From IMG/VR virus record IMGVR_UViG_3300045988_063953: a DNA stretch of 64,000 nucleotides; one strand, 5' to 3'. Of the stretch, positions 1 to 7,563 are shown one piece after another; the first letter of the stretch is position 1, and each line of letters begins with the position of its first letter. The notes below the pieces were generated by a model. That model saw nothing but the letters and a program-made list of their open reading frames with translations, had not been told where the DNA came from and ran no database searches. This DNA is from a virus. Position numbers and translations under genes: made by a program.

Positions 1-216
1 TTTTTTTTGTAAATGTTCAACATAATTATTAATAACTAAACAAGTAACAACTATGCCATCAATAAAATATGCCAAATTAGAACAATTACAAGAATCAGTA
101 GAATTTGTATTAAGGGTTTTTCCTAATACAGAAGTAAAATCAGTAGTATGTTCATTTTCAAGACTAAAATCAGTAATAAAAGAATTAAAAAGTCGAAGAG
201 AAAAAGAATTTGTAGC

Positions 217-360
217 AATAGTATTTGTAGTGTGAATAGTAGTAAAAGTAGGAAAAAAAGAATAGTAATATAATTTCTTGTAAGTGTAGAAAACAAAGTA
301 GCACAAATAGTATTAAGAGTATTACAAAGAATATTATGAAATGTAGTATTTTGAATAGTG
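217..360 (+). repeat. iteron-like array of AATAGT(A/G) heptamers
   Basis: AATAGTA at 217, 235, 261 and 306, and AATAGTG at 354, all inside a C-depleted tract. Confidence 0.6.
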
Positions 361-1028
361 TTAAGTGAAGTTTGAATAATGAGAGTAGGAAGAGTTAAGG
401 GAGGAGGAAGAGTAGAAGTATCAGGAGGACGTAGTTCACTCCGTTCACTTTTTCTTTCTCTCTCTTTTCCTCTCTTTCCACTATAATCATTTCTCTTTCT
501 GCCATTCATTCAATCATTTACTTTTCTTTTATTATCTATTTCATCAGTTATATCATTTTCATTTCTTTCATCATTATTTTCAGCATTTCTTTTATAACTT
601 TATTCACTCTCTTTAGCAGTATATTGTTCTCACCTTGTAACTTTCGTTACAAGAGTTCGATTTTCATCAACAATCGTATGTTGTAGAGTGTTTGAGTGAG
701 TATCAGGATGTTGACCGTATGTAAGAGTATGTTGGACATATGAAATTTCTATTGTTTCTCTATCAGAAACTTCATGTTCTTACTATACTCGATTACCTAT
801 AATGCTGTTAATGTAATGTATATCTTAACTGCTAATAGCAGGTTTAGCATGATGATTTTCATTATTATTAATAGTACTTTAATTAGATATTATAATTGTA
901 GTTTAGTTTGGTGTTGGAAGAGAAGGTGTATTACCAGAAAGATTACATCTTTCGGTAATACTTTCTTCTGTCTAATTATCTCCAACATTAGAATAAACTC
1001 TATAACATAGTAAAACATATTCAAACAT

Positions 1029-1370
1029 ATGAGAGTATTTGTTTTAATACGAGAAGTAGTATTATGGATAGTATGTGTTATAGCATTTACTTTAGCAGTA
1101 TTATCTATATTTCATCTAAAGGTACTAATAATACCAGTAGAGTATCAGTATCAAGATGTAGACGAGATGATACATTTAATAGAAAATTACAGAATGTATT
1201 ATCTTTATTCAAGTAGTTATATTAAAGAACTTGAACATACTGAAAGTACTGATAGTACTAATCATTGTATTGATAGTCTTAGAAAAGATTATAATCGTTA
1301 TAAAGATAGTGTTATATGGGATAATGAAGATTATTCTACAAGTGTAGAATATATTTATCCTAAACAATAA
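1029..1370 (+). CDS. hypothetical protein with N-terminal transmembrane helix
   Basis: 113-aa ATG ORF with a hydrophobic N-terminus (VLWIVCVIAFTLAVLSIF). First intact ORF of the + strand block. Confidence 0.45.
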   Translation: MRVFVLIREVVLWIVCVIAFTLAVLSIFHLKVLIIPVEYQYQDVDEMIHLIENYRMYYLYSSSYIKELEHTESTDSTNHCIDSLRKDYNRYKDSVIWDNEDYSTSVEYIYPKQ

Positions 1371-1400
1371 ATTAATTATTAACTTCCAAAATTATTTATT

Positions 1401-1889
1401 ATGGAAAAGAAGAATGTAGTAGAGCAGCTGCTGAAGCAAGGCTCTAAGCTGGTAAAGAACTTGACTGTAAAGAATGTAAAAGTAACTCTTAAAGAAAATT
1501 ACATTCGTGTATGTCTTACATTGGATAAACCTGTTAAAGGTTATAATGCCGATGATGATAGTAATTATACTCTTGGAGAAACTAAGTTTGTTTATGTTTC
1601 TTTATTTAGTATAGCTGCTATTATTCGTGATAACGATGACGCAAGTTTTGCAGTTAATCGTATTATTGAGAAGCCTTCTTCTGTAGAAGTTCTTCTTAAT
1701 GGTGCTCATGTTGATATTATTCAACAGCCTGTTAAGGCAGGTGAAGAGTATGCTAATCCATGGTCTGAGAATGATACTGTACAAGTATTTGACCACGATA
1801 CTCTAATTAATCACGTAGTAAATATTACGTTTAATCAACGTAGTGTTTCTCTACTTGGTAAACTTGCAGAGAGTATGCTCGGTATCTAA
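1401..1889 (+). CDS. hypothetical protein
   Basis: 162-aa ORF with balanced composition, followed by a hairpin at 1900-1927. Confidence 0.65.
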   Translation: MEKKNVVEQLLKQGSKLVKNLTVKNVKVTLKENYIRVCLTLDKPVKGYNADDDSNYTLGETKFVYVSLFSIAAIIRDNDDASFAVNRIIEKPSSVEVLLNGAHVDIIQQPVKAGEEYANPWSENDTVQVFDHDTLINHVVNITFNQRSVSLLGKLAESMLGI

Positions 1890-1899
1890 GAGTTACTTG

Positions 1900-1927
1900 G
1901 TGGTAGTAGTGAAATATCTGCTACCAC
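1900..1927 (+). terminator. hairpin after the 1401..1889 CDS
   Basis: gtggtagtag / ctgctaccac, one mismatch, 8-nt loop, T-rich tail. Confidence 0.45.
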
Positions 1928-1960
1928 TATTATTATTAATCATATTAAATCCAACATCAA

Positions 1961-2122
1961 ATGAATACAAATAAGTTATATTTCTTTACATCTTCAGTAA
2001 GTAACGATGAAGTTACTCGATTGACTATTATGTGTAATAGTCCTAAACGTGCTTTAGGATATGCTATTATGCAGTTTGTTAAGCATGGTTGTAAAGGTAC
2101 TCCAGTTAGGATTGCTTTATAG
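1961..2122 (+). CDS. small hypothetical protein (53 aa, below ORF-track cutoff)
   Basis: Hand translation gives MNTNKLYFFTSSVSNDEVTRLTIMCNSPKRALGYAIMQFVKHGCKGTPVRIAL, ATG to TAG. Followed by a perfect 9-bp hairpin. Confidence 0.3.
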   Translation: MNTNKLYFFTSSVSNDEVTRLTIMCNSPKRALGYAIMQFVKHGCKGTPVRIAL

Positions 2123-2166
2123 CCGTTGTGTAGCCACTAATAATTGTTAAATTAGTGGCACTATTG

Positions 2167-2186
2167 CTCCCCCTTAAAAGAAATGA
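2167..2186 (+). repeat. GC-rich motif copy P (degenerate), CTCCCCC strand = +
   Basis: ctcccccttaaaagaaatga. Intergenic. Confidence 0.6.
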
Positions 2187-2188
2187 AT

Positions 2189-2196
2189 TATATTTG
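2189..2196 (+). promoter_or_regulatory. Bacteroidota-type -7 promoter box TATATTTG
   Basis: Exact match to TAnnTTTG. Lies in an intergenic region, with no ORF for about 220 nt downstream. Confidence 0.45.
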
Positions 2197-2198
2197 TG

Positions 2199-2397
2199 AA
2201 AGTAAAACGATAGATGTAGTGTACATCTTCGTAGCAGTGATGCTACTTATTGTATTGCCAATGATGATAATAAACTTGTAATCTCGTAACATAAGTGTTT
2301 TTAGTGTGAATACCCTCCTTGATTGGATTAGTTATCTTGGTAATTAGTTTTGTATTTAGGATAGTACTGATGTTACATTATATCTTCGTTTTACTTT
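2199..2397 (+). ncRNA. candidate structured non-coding transcript
   Basis: aaagtaaaacga (2199-2210) is perfectly complementary to tcgttttacttt (2386-2397). Internal hairpins are agatgta/tacatct and gtagca/tgctac. It begins just after the TATATTTG box. No family recognised. Confidence 0.3.
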
Positions 2398-2415
2398 TAC
2401 AAATTATAATTATAA

Positions 2416-2565
2416 ATGATTATGGGAGATATTGATGATATATATGCAGGTTGTAGTGTAGAAATTGATGGTTACTGTCTTAGTAATGATGTCGATGATT
2501 ATGACCTATATGGCGAAAAGATGATAGGAGATGATGATACTGAATTAGATATTCTCTTTGAATAA
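2416..2565 (+). CDS. small acidic hypothetical protein (49 aa)
   Basis: Hand translation gives MIMGDIDDIYAGCSVEIDGYCLSNDVDDYDLYGEKMIGDDDTELDILFE. Confidence 0.3.
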   Translation: MIMGDIDDIYAGCSVEIDGYCLSNDVDDYDLYGEKMIGDDDTELDILFE

Positions 2566-2777
2566 GTTAGCAATGTTTTTGGTCTGGTTTAATTAAATGT
2601 TGCTCGATGAGAAGTTAATCTTCTCCTTGTTATGACTAAGGATGATGTTATAACTCGTACTATATAATTCCAGTAATTGATAGAGTTGATTACGTATAAA
2701 CTCTTGATAGCTACGGTGGTAACGTTACAACCAATTATTATAAAGACGTTATTCTAAATACAATTAATAATAATAAT

Positions 2778-3110
2778 ATGAACAAAGAAAGTAAACTAAA
2801 GGCTCGTAAAACTAAACTTGGTAAATGTTTTAAAGAAGACCTTATTGATAGAATTATCAGAAAGGATAAAGAAGTGTCTAAACTTATTGCTAAGAATAAA
2901 ACTCTTAACAAAGAGTTGTTCGAGGCGGAAGAGTTGTTGAATGACACAAAGAAACATTATGAGAACAAAATAAAGTTCTTAAGGGTAGACTATGATGAGG
3001 TTGTAGAGAAGAACCTTAGTCTACAAAAAGGTTTCAAGACAGTATTGTTTGGACTATTAGTAATGAGTGCTCTTTTCGTGGTTACGCTGGTTGTAGCGTT
3101 AATTTCATAG
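2778..3110 (+). CDS. hypothetical coiled-coil protein with C-terminal membrane anchor
   Basis: 110-aa ORF with a K/E-rich heptad-like body and a C-terminal hydrophobic stretch (VLFGLLVMSALFVVTLVVALI). Terminator hairpin follows. Confidence 0.6.
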   Translation: MNKESKLKARKTKLGKCFKEDLIDRIIRKDKEVSKLIAKNKTLNKELFEAEELLNDTKKHYENKIKFLRVDYDEVVEKNLSLQKGFKTVLFGLLVMSALFVVTLVVALIS

Positions 3111-3143
3111 TATATATAATTAAAGTTTTTAGTTATTGTTATT

Positions 3144-3177
3144 AATCCTCTTAGTCGTGATGACTGAGAGGATTTTT
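3144..3177 (+). terminator. intrinsic terminator
   Basis: aatcctcttagtc / gactgagaggatt, one mismatch. The stem runs straight into a 5-nt T run. Confidence 0.7.
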
Positions 3178-3194
3178 CGTATAATAAAGTTATT

Positions 3195-3488
3195 ATGAAT
3201 ATGAAACATATTGCACTAAATGGTGGAATTTATTTCCACGTAACACCTGAAGAGCAAATAGCACTACGTCCTCTTATGCGTCCTATATTTAGAAATGGAA
3301 CAGGTGTTTGTCACAGTTGTGCTTGTTGTTGTAATGATAATGACATTATATTTAATGCTACAATATCTGAAATGCAATGTCTTGATTGTTTTGAAGATTG
3401 GAGTAGAGGATATAATCTTAGTAAAGAAGATTATAAGCGTCAAGCTTATAATGCTGAGAGTGCTGAAAGAATATTAAACAAAGATTAG
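3195..3488 (+). CDS. hypothetical Cys-rich protein
   Basis: 97-aa ORF with a Cys cluster (CHSCACCCND ... CLDC). Confidence 0.55.
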   Translation: MNMKHIALNGGIYFHVTPEEQIALRPLMRPIFRNGTGVCHSCACCCNDNDIIFNATISEMQCLDCFEDWSRGYNLSKEDYKRQAYNAESAERILNKD

Positions 3489-3493
3489 AACGT

Positions 3494-3616
3494 ATGAGTA
3501 TTCCTGATGATGTACTTGATACTATGACTGATGATGAAGTTCGTGATTATCTTGATAGTGAAGTTGCTGATATGTGGCTTTCGACTACTGAGTGTAGGGA
3601 TATGGACTTTGTGTAA
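3494..3616 (+). CDS. small acidic hypothetical protein (40 aa)
   Basis: Hand translation gives MSIPDDVLDTMTDDEVRDYLDSEVADMWLSTTECRDMDFV. It starts 6 nt after the preceding stop. Confidence 0.25.
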   Translation: MSIPDDVLDTMTDDEVRDYLDSEVADMWLSTTECRDMDFV

Positions 3617-3732
3617 TTGGCGTGTATAGTGTATAGTTTTTGTCTGTTAGCTTGAATATATATAAAGCTGATAAGTTAATCGACTTTTGAAAACAAGCCG
3701 TGTATAAGAGAAAATAAAATATTGTATAAACT

Positions 3733-3927
3733 ATGATGTTCGTTGAAGATACAAGATTTAACAGAGGTAAGATTATCAATGACCTTACTTATGTTCCTCA
3801 TAAAGGTGATACTTTTATTTACAATGATGAGAGTATTACTATTAAAGGTGTTGTTTGTGCGGTAGAGTACAAAGTTGTTGGTGGTAAAGACCACAATTCT
3901 GAGTATATAACTATTAAAGTTTATTAG
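3733..3927 (+). CDS. hypothetical protein
   Basis: 64-aa ATG ORF on the block strand. Confidence 0.45.
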   Translation: MMFVEDTRFNRGKIINDLTYVPHKGDTFIYNDESITIKGVVCAVEYKVVGGKDHNSEYITIKVY

Positions 3928-4052
3928 TAACTTTAGGATAGAGATAGTAAAGAACTAAATGTTCTTAGGCTATATGTTTTCGATAACGCTCTATCTACTA
4001 TTGAGAATAATCCTCATTTATATTATTTATTAATTATTAAAATTGTTGTAAA

Positions 4053-4340
4053 ATGGCAAAACGTAGCTATGATGAAAACAAGTGTTTGAAGAGTATTAGT
4101 AAGGTAACTCAGATTAATTATAGTAATCATACCGTAGTTGGTCATCCTGATGTACCTATTGGTATTCGTCGTTTGGGTAAGATTGATTACCTTTGTAATT
4201 ATTGTGGTTGGCATTTCTATTGGGATAGAGAAGCTCGTATTGGACACAATTACGTTGTTAATCCTGATGCTCCTAAGTCTGCAAGACAAACTAAGAAAGA
4301 GAAGAAACAACCGAAGTTGAAGAACAAGAATAAGAAGTAA
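4053..4340 (+). CDS. hypothetical protein with basic C-terminal tail
   Basis: 95-aa ORF with a KKEKKQPKLKNKNKK tail. The next gene starts 3 nt later. Confidence 0.6.
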   Translation: MAKRSYDENKCLKSISKVTQINYSNHTVVGHPDVPIGIRRLGKIDYLCNYCGWHFYWDREARIGHNYVVNPDAPKSARQTKKEKKQPKLKNKNKK

Positions 4341-4342
4341 TT

Positions 4343-4804
4343 ATGGTTGGTGGTCTTAAAATAAGTATTAAACCTCCTAAGGCTCTTAAGACTGTTCGTG
4401 AAAAGACTTATACTAAAGTCAGTCGTAAGACTGTTGGTAGAGTTGATGTAGAGCAAGGAAAGTTTGTTATAAGAGTTTCTGCTTTTGAAGTTCAAAAGAA
4501 CATTGATAAAAGTTCTCTTCCAGCACAACTTGTTCTTCCTCTTACTGATAAGTCTTTTGAGCTTAAAGGTAGAGAAAAAGTATTTTCTCATACTAAAGGA
4601 AAACATGGTTATGTTTGTTATCTTCGTAATAAAGATAAAGCTAATTATTTTCCAGGTATTCCAGAACAATATACAACTGTTTGTCCTAAATGGATTTGTA
4701 GTGGTTGGGTTGTTAAGGTTAAAGGAAAGCTTTATTTTGATTTAAGTGAAGCTATTGCTCCTGAAGGTATGATTGTTAGTCAAGTAAATTTTGATGAAGA
4801 TTAA
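4343..4804 (+). CDS. hypothetical protein
   Basis: 153-aa ORF tightly packed between its neighbours. Confidence 0.65.
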   Translation: MVGGLKISIKPPKALKTVREKTYTKVSRKTVGRVDVEQGKFVIRVSAFEVQKNIDKSSLPAQLVLPLTDKSFELKGREKVFSHTKGKHGYVCYLRNKDKANYFPGIPEQYTTVCPKWICSGWVVKVKGKLYFDLSEAIAPEGMIVSQVNFDED

Positions 4805-4810
4805 TAAGAA

Positions 4811-6274
4811 ATGGATATTACAATAAGTAAAGCTAATGGTAAAGATGCTGTTAGCACTTTAGGTCTAACTGATGACCAAAGAAAAGCTTATGATGCACTT
4901 ATTGGATTTATTAACTCAGAGTTTAATCCTAATGATTTTAAGAGAGCTTTAAGTGGTCCTGCTGGCACTGGTAAGACTTATTTACTTAAAGCTCTTATTA
5001 AGAATTGTGGTATTAGTTATAGTCTTATTGGGTGTTCTGCCCCTACACATAAGGCTTGTCGCGTTCTTAATGAAAGTATCAGAATGGGGAATATTAATAT
5101 TAATACACTTCAATCTGACTTAGGTCTTAAGATTAACTTTGATGTAGAAAAGTTCGATATTAACAATCCTCCTTTTGACCCTAAAGGTCGAATTAAGATT
5201 GATAATTATAGGCTATATATAGTTGATGAGGCTTCTATGATTCCTCGTGGACTATGTATTTTTCTTGAAAAGATTTGTAAGAGTAAAGGCTGTAAACTTA
5301 TTTATGTCGGTGATAATACCCAATTAAGTCCTGTAAACGAGAAATACAGTGCTGCTTTTAAGGGAATTGAATTGTTCAAACTTACTCAGATTGTAAGACA
5401 AGAAGAAGATAATCCTATTAGACATCTTCTTGAATTACTTAGATATGATGTTAAGAATAAGACTTTTAATTTTCTTAATTACATTACTAATAATCGTTGT
5501 GCTTTTGATAATGACAATATTAAAGGTTACAAAGTTTGCAGTCCTACTGAATTTAATCAAATTGTTTATAATAACTTCAATGATGAACAAATTACTTCTA
5601 ATGTAGATTTTGCTAAGATTGTTGCTTATACTAACAATTGTGTATCTGCTTGGAATAAAGTTGTTCGTGGAAGTATTATTAGTGATGCTGATAAATCAGT
5701 TATTACAAAGAATGATTTGATAATCTCTTATGTGACACTCGTTGACAGATTCAATGATTGTATTATTAAGAACTCTGAAGAATATATTCTTAAAGATGTT
5801 GTAAACTATACTCATCCTAAGTATGGTCTTAAAGGTTTTATGGTGCGTTTTATTGCTATTCATGGTGGTAATGCAACAAGTCCTTTATTTATAATTGACC
5901 ATAAGGATAGAGCTTCTATTATGCAATATATTGAGATTAGTAAAAATCTTATTCATAATGCTAAAGTTGCTCGTAGTGTTACTCGTTCTCAACGTTGGAA
6001 AGAATACTTTGAGTTCAAAGAAAGTTGTCTACTACTTACTAATATTCTTGACAATACAGGTAAAATAATGTTTAGTAGAGATTTAGATTATGGGTTTAGT
6101 GTAACTGCTCATAAATCTCAAGGTTCTACTTATGACACTGTTCTTGTAGATGTTAATGATATTGTTTACGATAAGTTTGGTCATCCGTATACTAATGCAG
6201 AAGACATTAATCGTAGACTTTATGTTGCTTGTAGTAGATGCAAAAACAAACTTTATATGAAGTTTGGACAATGA
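4811..6274 (+). CDS. SF1 DNA helicase, Dda/RecD/Pif1-like
   Basis: Walker A GPAGTGKT, Walker B YIVDEASM, motif III VGDNTQLSPV, motif V TAHKSQGSTYD, motif VI YVACSRCK. Confidence 0.9.
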   Translation: MDITISKANGKDAVSTLGLTDDQRKAYDALIGFINSEFNPNDFKRALSGPAGTGKTYLLKALIKNCGISYSLIGCSAPTHKACRVLNESIRMGNININTLQSDLGLKINFDVEKFDINNPPFDPKGRIKIDNYRLYIVDEASMIPRGLCIFLEKICKSKGCKLIYVGDNTQLSPVNEKYSAAFKGIELFKLTQIVRQEEDNPIRHLLELLRYDVKNKTFNFLNYITNNRCAFDNDNIKGYKVCSPTEFNQIVYNNFNDEQITSNVDFAKIVAYTNNCVSAWNKVVRGSIISDADKSVITKNDLIISYVTLVDRFNDCIIKNSEEYILKDVVNYTHPKYGLKGFMVRFIAIHGGNATSPLFIIDHKDRASIMQYIEISKNLIHNAKVARSVTRSQRWKEYFEFKESCLLLTNILDNTGKIMFSRDLDYGFSVTAHKSQGSTYDTVLVDVNDIVYDKFGHPYTNAEDINRRLYVACSRCKNKLYMKFGQ

Positions 6275-6531
6275 GAACAAAACATATTAAAGGAAGTATT
6301 TCAATCATTATAGATTATGGTGATGATACTCATAATCCTGATGAAATTAAAAATCCTAATAATGCTCGTGTTTCTTATATTCAATATGAAGAAGTTTGGT
6401 ATAAATGTAAAAGTCCTCTTATTGTTAATATTGGAAATAAAAAGTTCTTTGTACATGCTGTTGATTATTTACTTAGTTGTAATTATAGTGAAGAACTATT
6501 TTTAGATAAAATACTAAATGTTATTGTGTAA
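6271..6531 (+). CDS. hypothetical protein
   Basis: ATGA start/stop overlap with the helicase stop. I prefer the internal Met of the 6238 track ORF as the start. Confidence 0.5.
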   Translation: MRTKHIKGSISIIIDYGDDTHNPDEIKNPNNARVSYIQYEEVWYKCKSPLIVNIGNKKFFVHAVDYLLSCNYSEELFLDKILNVIV

Positions 6532-6533
6532 TT

Positions 6534-6791
6534 ATGATTGAATTAATTAAACCAAATTATAAAAATATGAATATTTCTCGTAATGCTAATTCTCGTAATA
6601 AGAGAAAAATGGTTGTTGGTTTCAAAGGTGAAGGTACACCAAGTGGTTGGATTAAAAGTTCTCCTTATGGTACAATAAAACATAAACAAACTTCTGATGA
6701 ACTCAGACATTTTAATAAAATTCAGAAATTTCGTGTTACTAATCCTAAAGGTAAACATCCTGATAGTAAACGTACATTAAATAGATACTAA
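6534..6791 (+). CDS. small basic hypothetical protein
   Basis: 85-aa K/R-rich ORF with an ATGA-type junction to the next gene. Confidence 0.5.
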   Translation: MIELIKPNYKNMNISRNANSRNKRKMVVGFKGEGTPSGWIKSSPYGTIKHKQTSDELRHFNKIQKFRVTNPKGKHPDSKRTLNRY

Positions 6792-7000
6792 TGAAATTTG
6801 ATGTTGGTCGTGCTTCTGATGGTTTAGGTTTTACTTCTATAGAAACAGTAGACATTAATTCTATTGAAGATCTTAATGCTATTGCTGAAAAATATAAAGG
6901 AGTTAATCCTAAAAATCATAATAGTTGGAAAGGTAATCATGAACTTATAATTGATTTTACTGCACATACTATAATAGTATATGATGGTTATGTAGAATGA
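6791..7000 (+). CDS. hypothetical protein
   Basis: 69-aa ORF that overlaps both neighbours by 1-4 nt. Confidence 0.5.
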   Translation: MKFDVGRASDGLGFTSIETVDINSIEDLNAIAEKYKGVNPKNHNSWKGNHELIIDFTAHTIIVYDGYVE

Positions 7001-7551
7001 ATATTAATCCATGTGATAATTGTCCTCTAAGACTATTCAATAGTAAGTGTCATAATCTACAAGGAGTCGGTAATCCTTTTATGGGTAAACTTATTATACT
7101 TCCTAATGTAGATTATGATGCTTATAAATATAAAGATATGAGTTTTAGTAAGCAGGTAGAAGTGTTAATGCGGCACATTACCTTTACGGGGGAGTTAGCG
7201 GACACCTACATTGTCCCTTTAATTCGTTGTAATGAAAGTCTTGGTTGTGATATAAATGATAATATTATTCGTAATTGTCAAAGATATCTTACAGAAGATG
7301 TTAAGACTTATGATTTTAAGCATATTATGCTATGTGGTAGTGCTGTAGATAGATTTCTACATACTTCTATACATAGTGTACTTAATAGTATTGTCGTTTC
7401 AAGTAATAATAGACTTTATTATGCTAATTATAGTCCTCTTATTAAATATGTAGATGAAAGTAAGTTTAAGACTTTTGTTAAGAAAGTTGATGATTTTCTT
7501 TATTCTGCAAGTAATAATGATTATAGTAAGTATGATATTGTTAATCTCTAA
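6997..7551 (+). CDS. uracil-DNA glycosylase-like protein (family 4-like fold, degenerate motifs)
   Basis: N-terminal CDNCPL, GVGNPFMGKLIILPN, YIVPLIRCN and IMLCGSAV resemble family 4 UDG motif spacing. It sits next to the polymerase, as in crAss-like phages. Confidence 0.5.
   Translation: MNINPCDNCPLRLFNSKCHNLQGVGNPFMGKLIILPNVDYDAYKYKDMSFSKQVEVLMRHITFTGELADTYIVPLIRCNESLGCDINDNIIRNCQRYLTEDVKTYDFKHIMLCGSAVDRFLHTSIHSVLNSIVVSSNNRLYYANYSPLIKYVDESKFKTFVKKVDDFLYSASNNDYSKYDIVNL
7175..7194 (-). repeat. GC-rich motif copy A
   Basis: acattacctttacgggggag. Inside the UDG-like CDS, read as FTGE. Confidence 0.85.
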
Positions 7552-7563
7552 GTTGAAAATGTT

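Noticed and set aside
123-509. 128-aa - strand ORF in the skewed tract, and the 53..235 and 774..1010 + strand ORFs.
   Set aside because: Extreme low complexity: a K/R/E run followed by L/T/I repeats that simply mirrors the homopurine/homopyrimidine DNA. A stop codon lies directly upstream. No supporting signals. Treated as non-coding or decayed.
634-662. GTTCGATT (a T-loop-like sequence) next to an 8-bp hairpin (cttgtaac/gttacaag), as a possible tRNA.
   Set aside because: No acceptor stem, D arm or 7-nt anticodon loop can be drawn. I found no other tRNA-like cloverleaf in the non-coding gaps.
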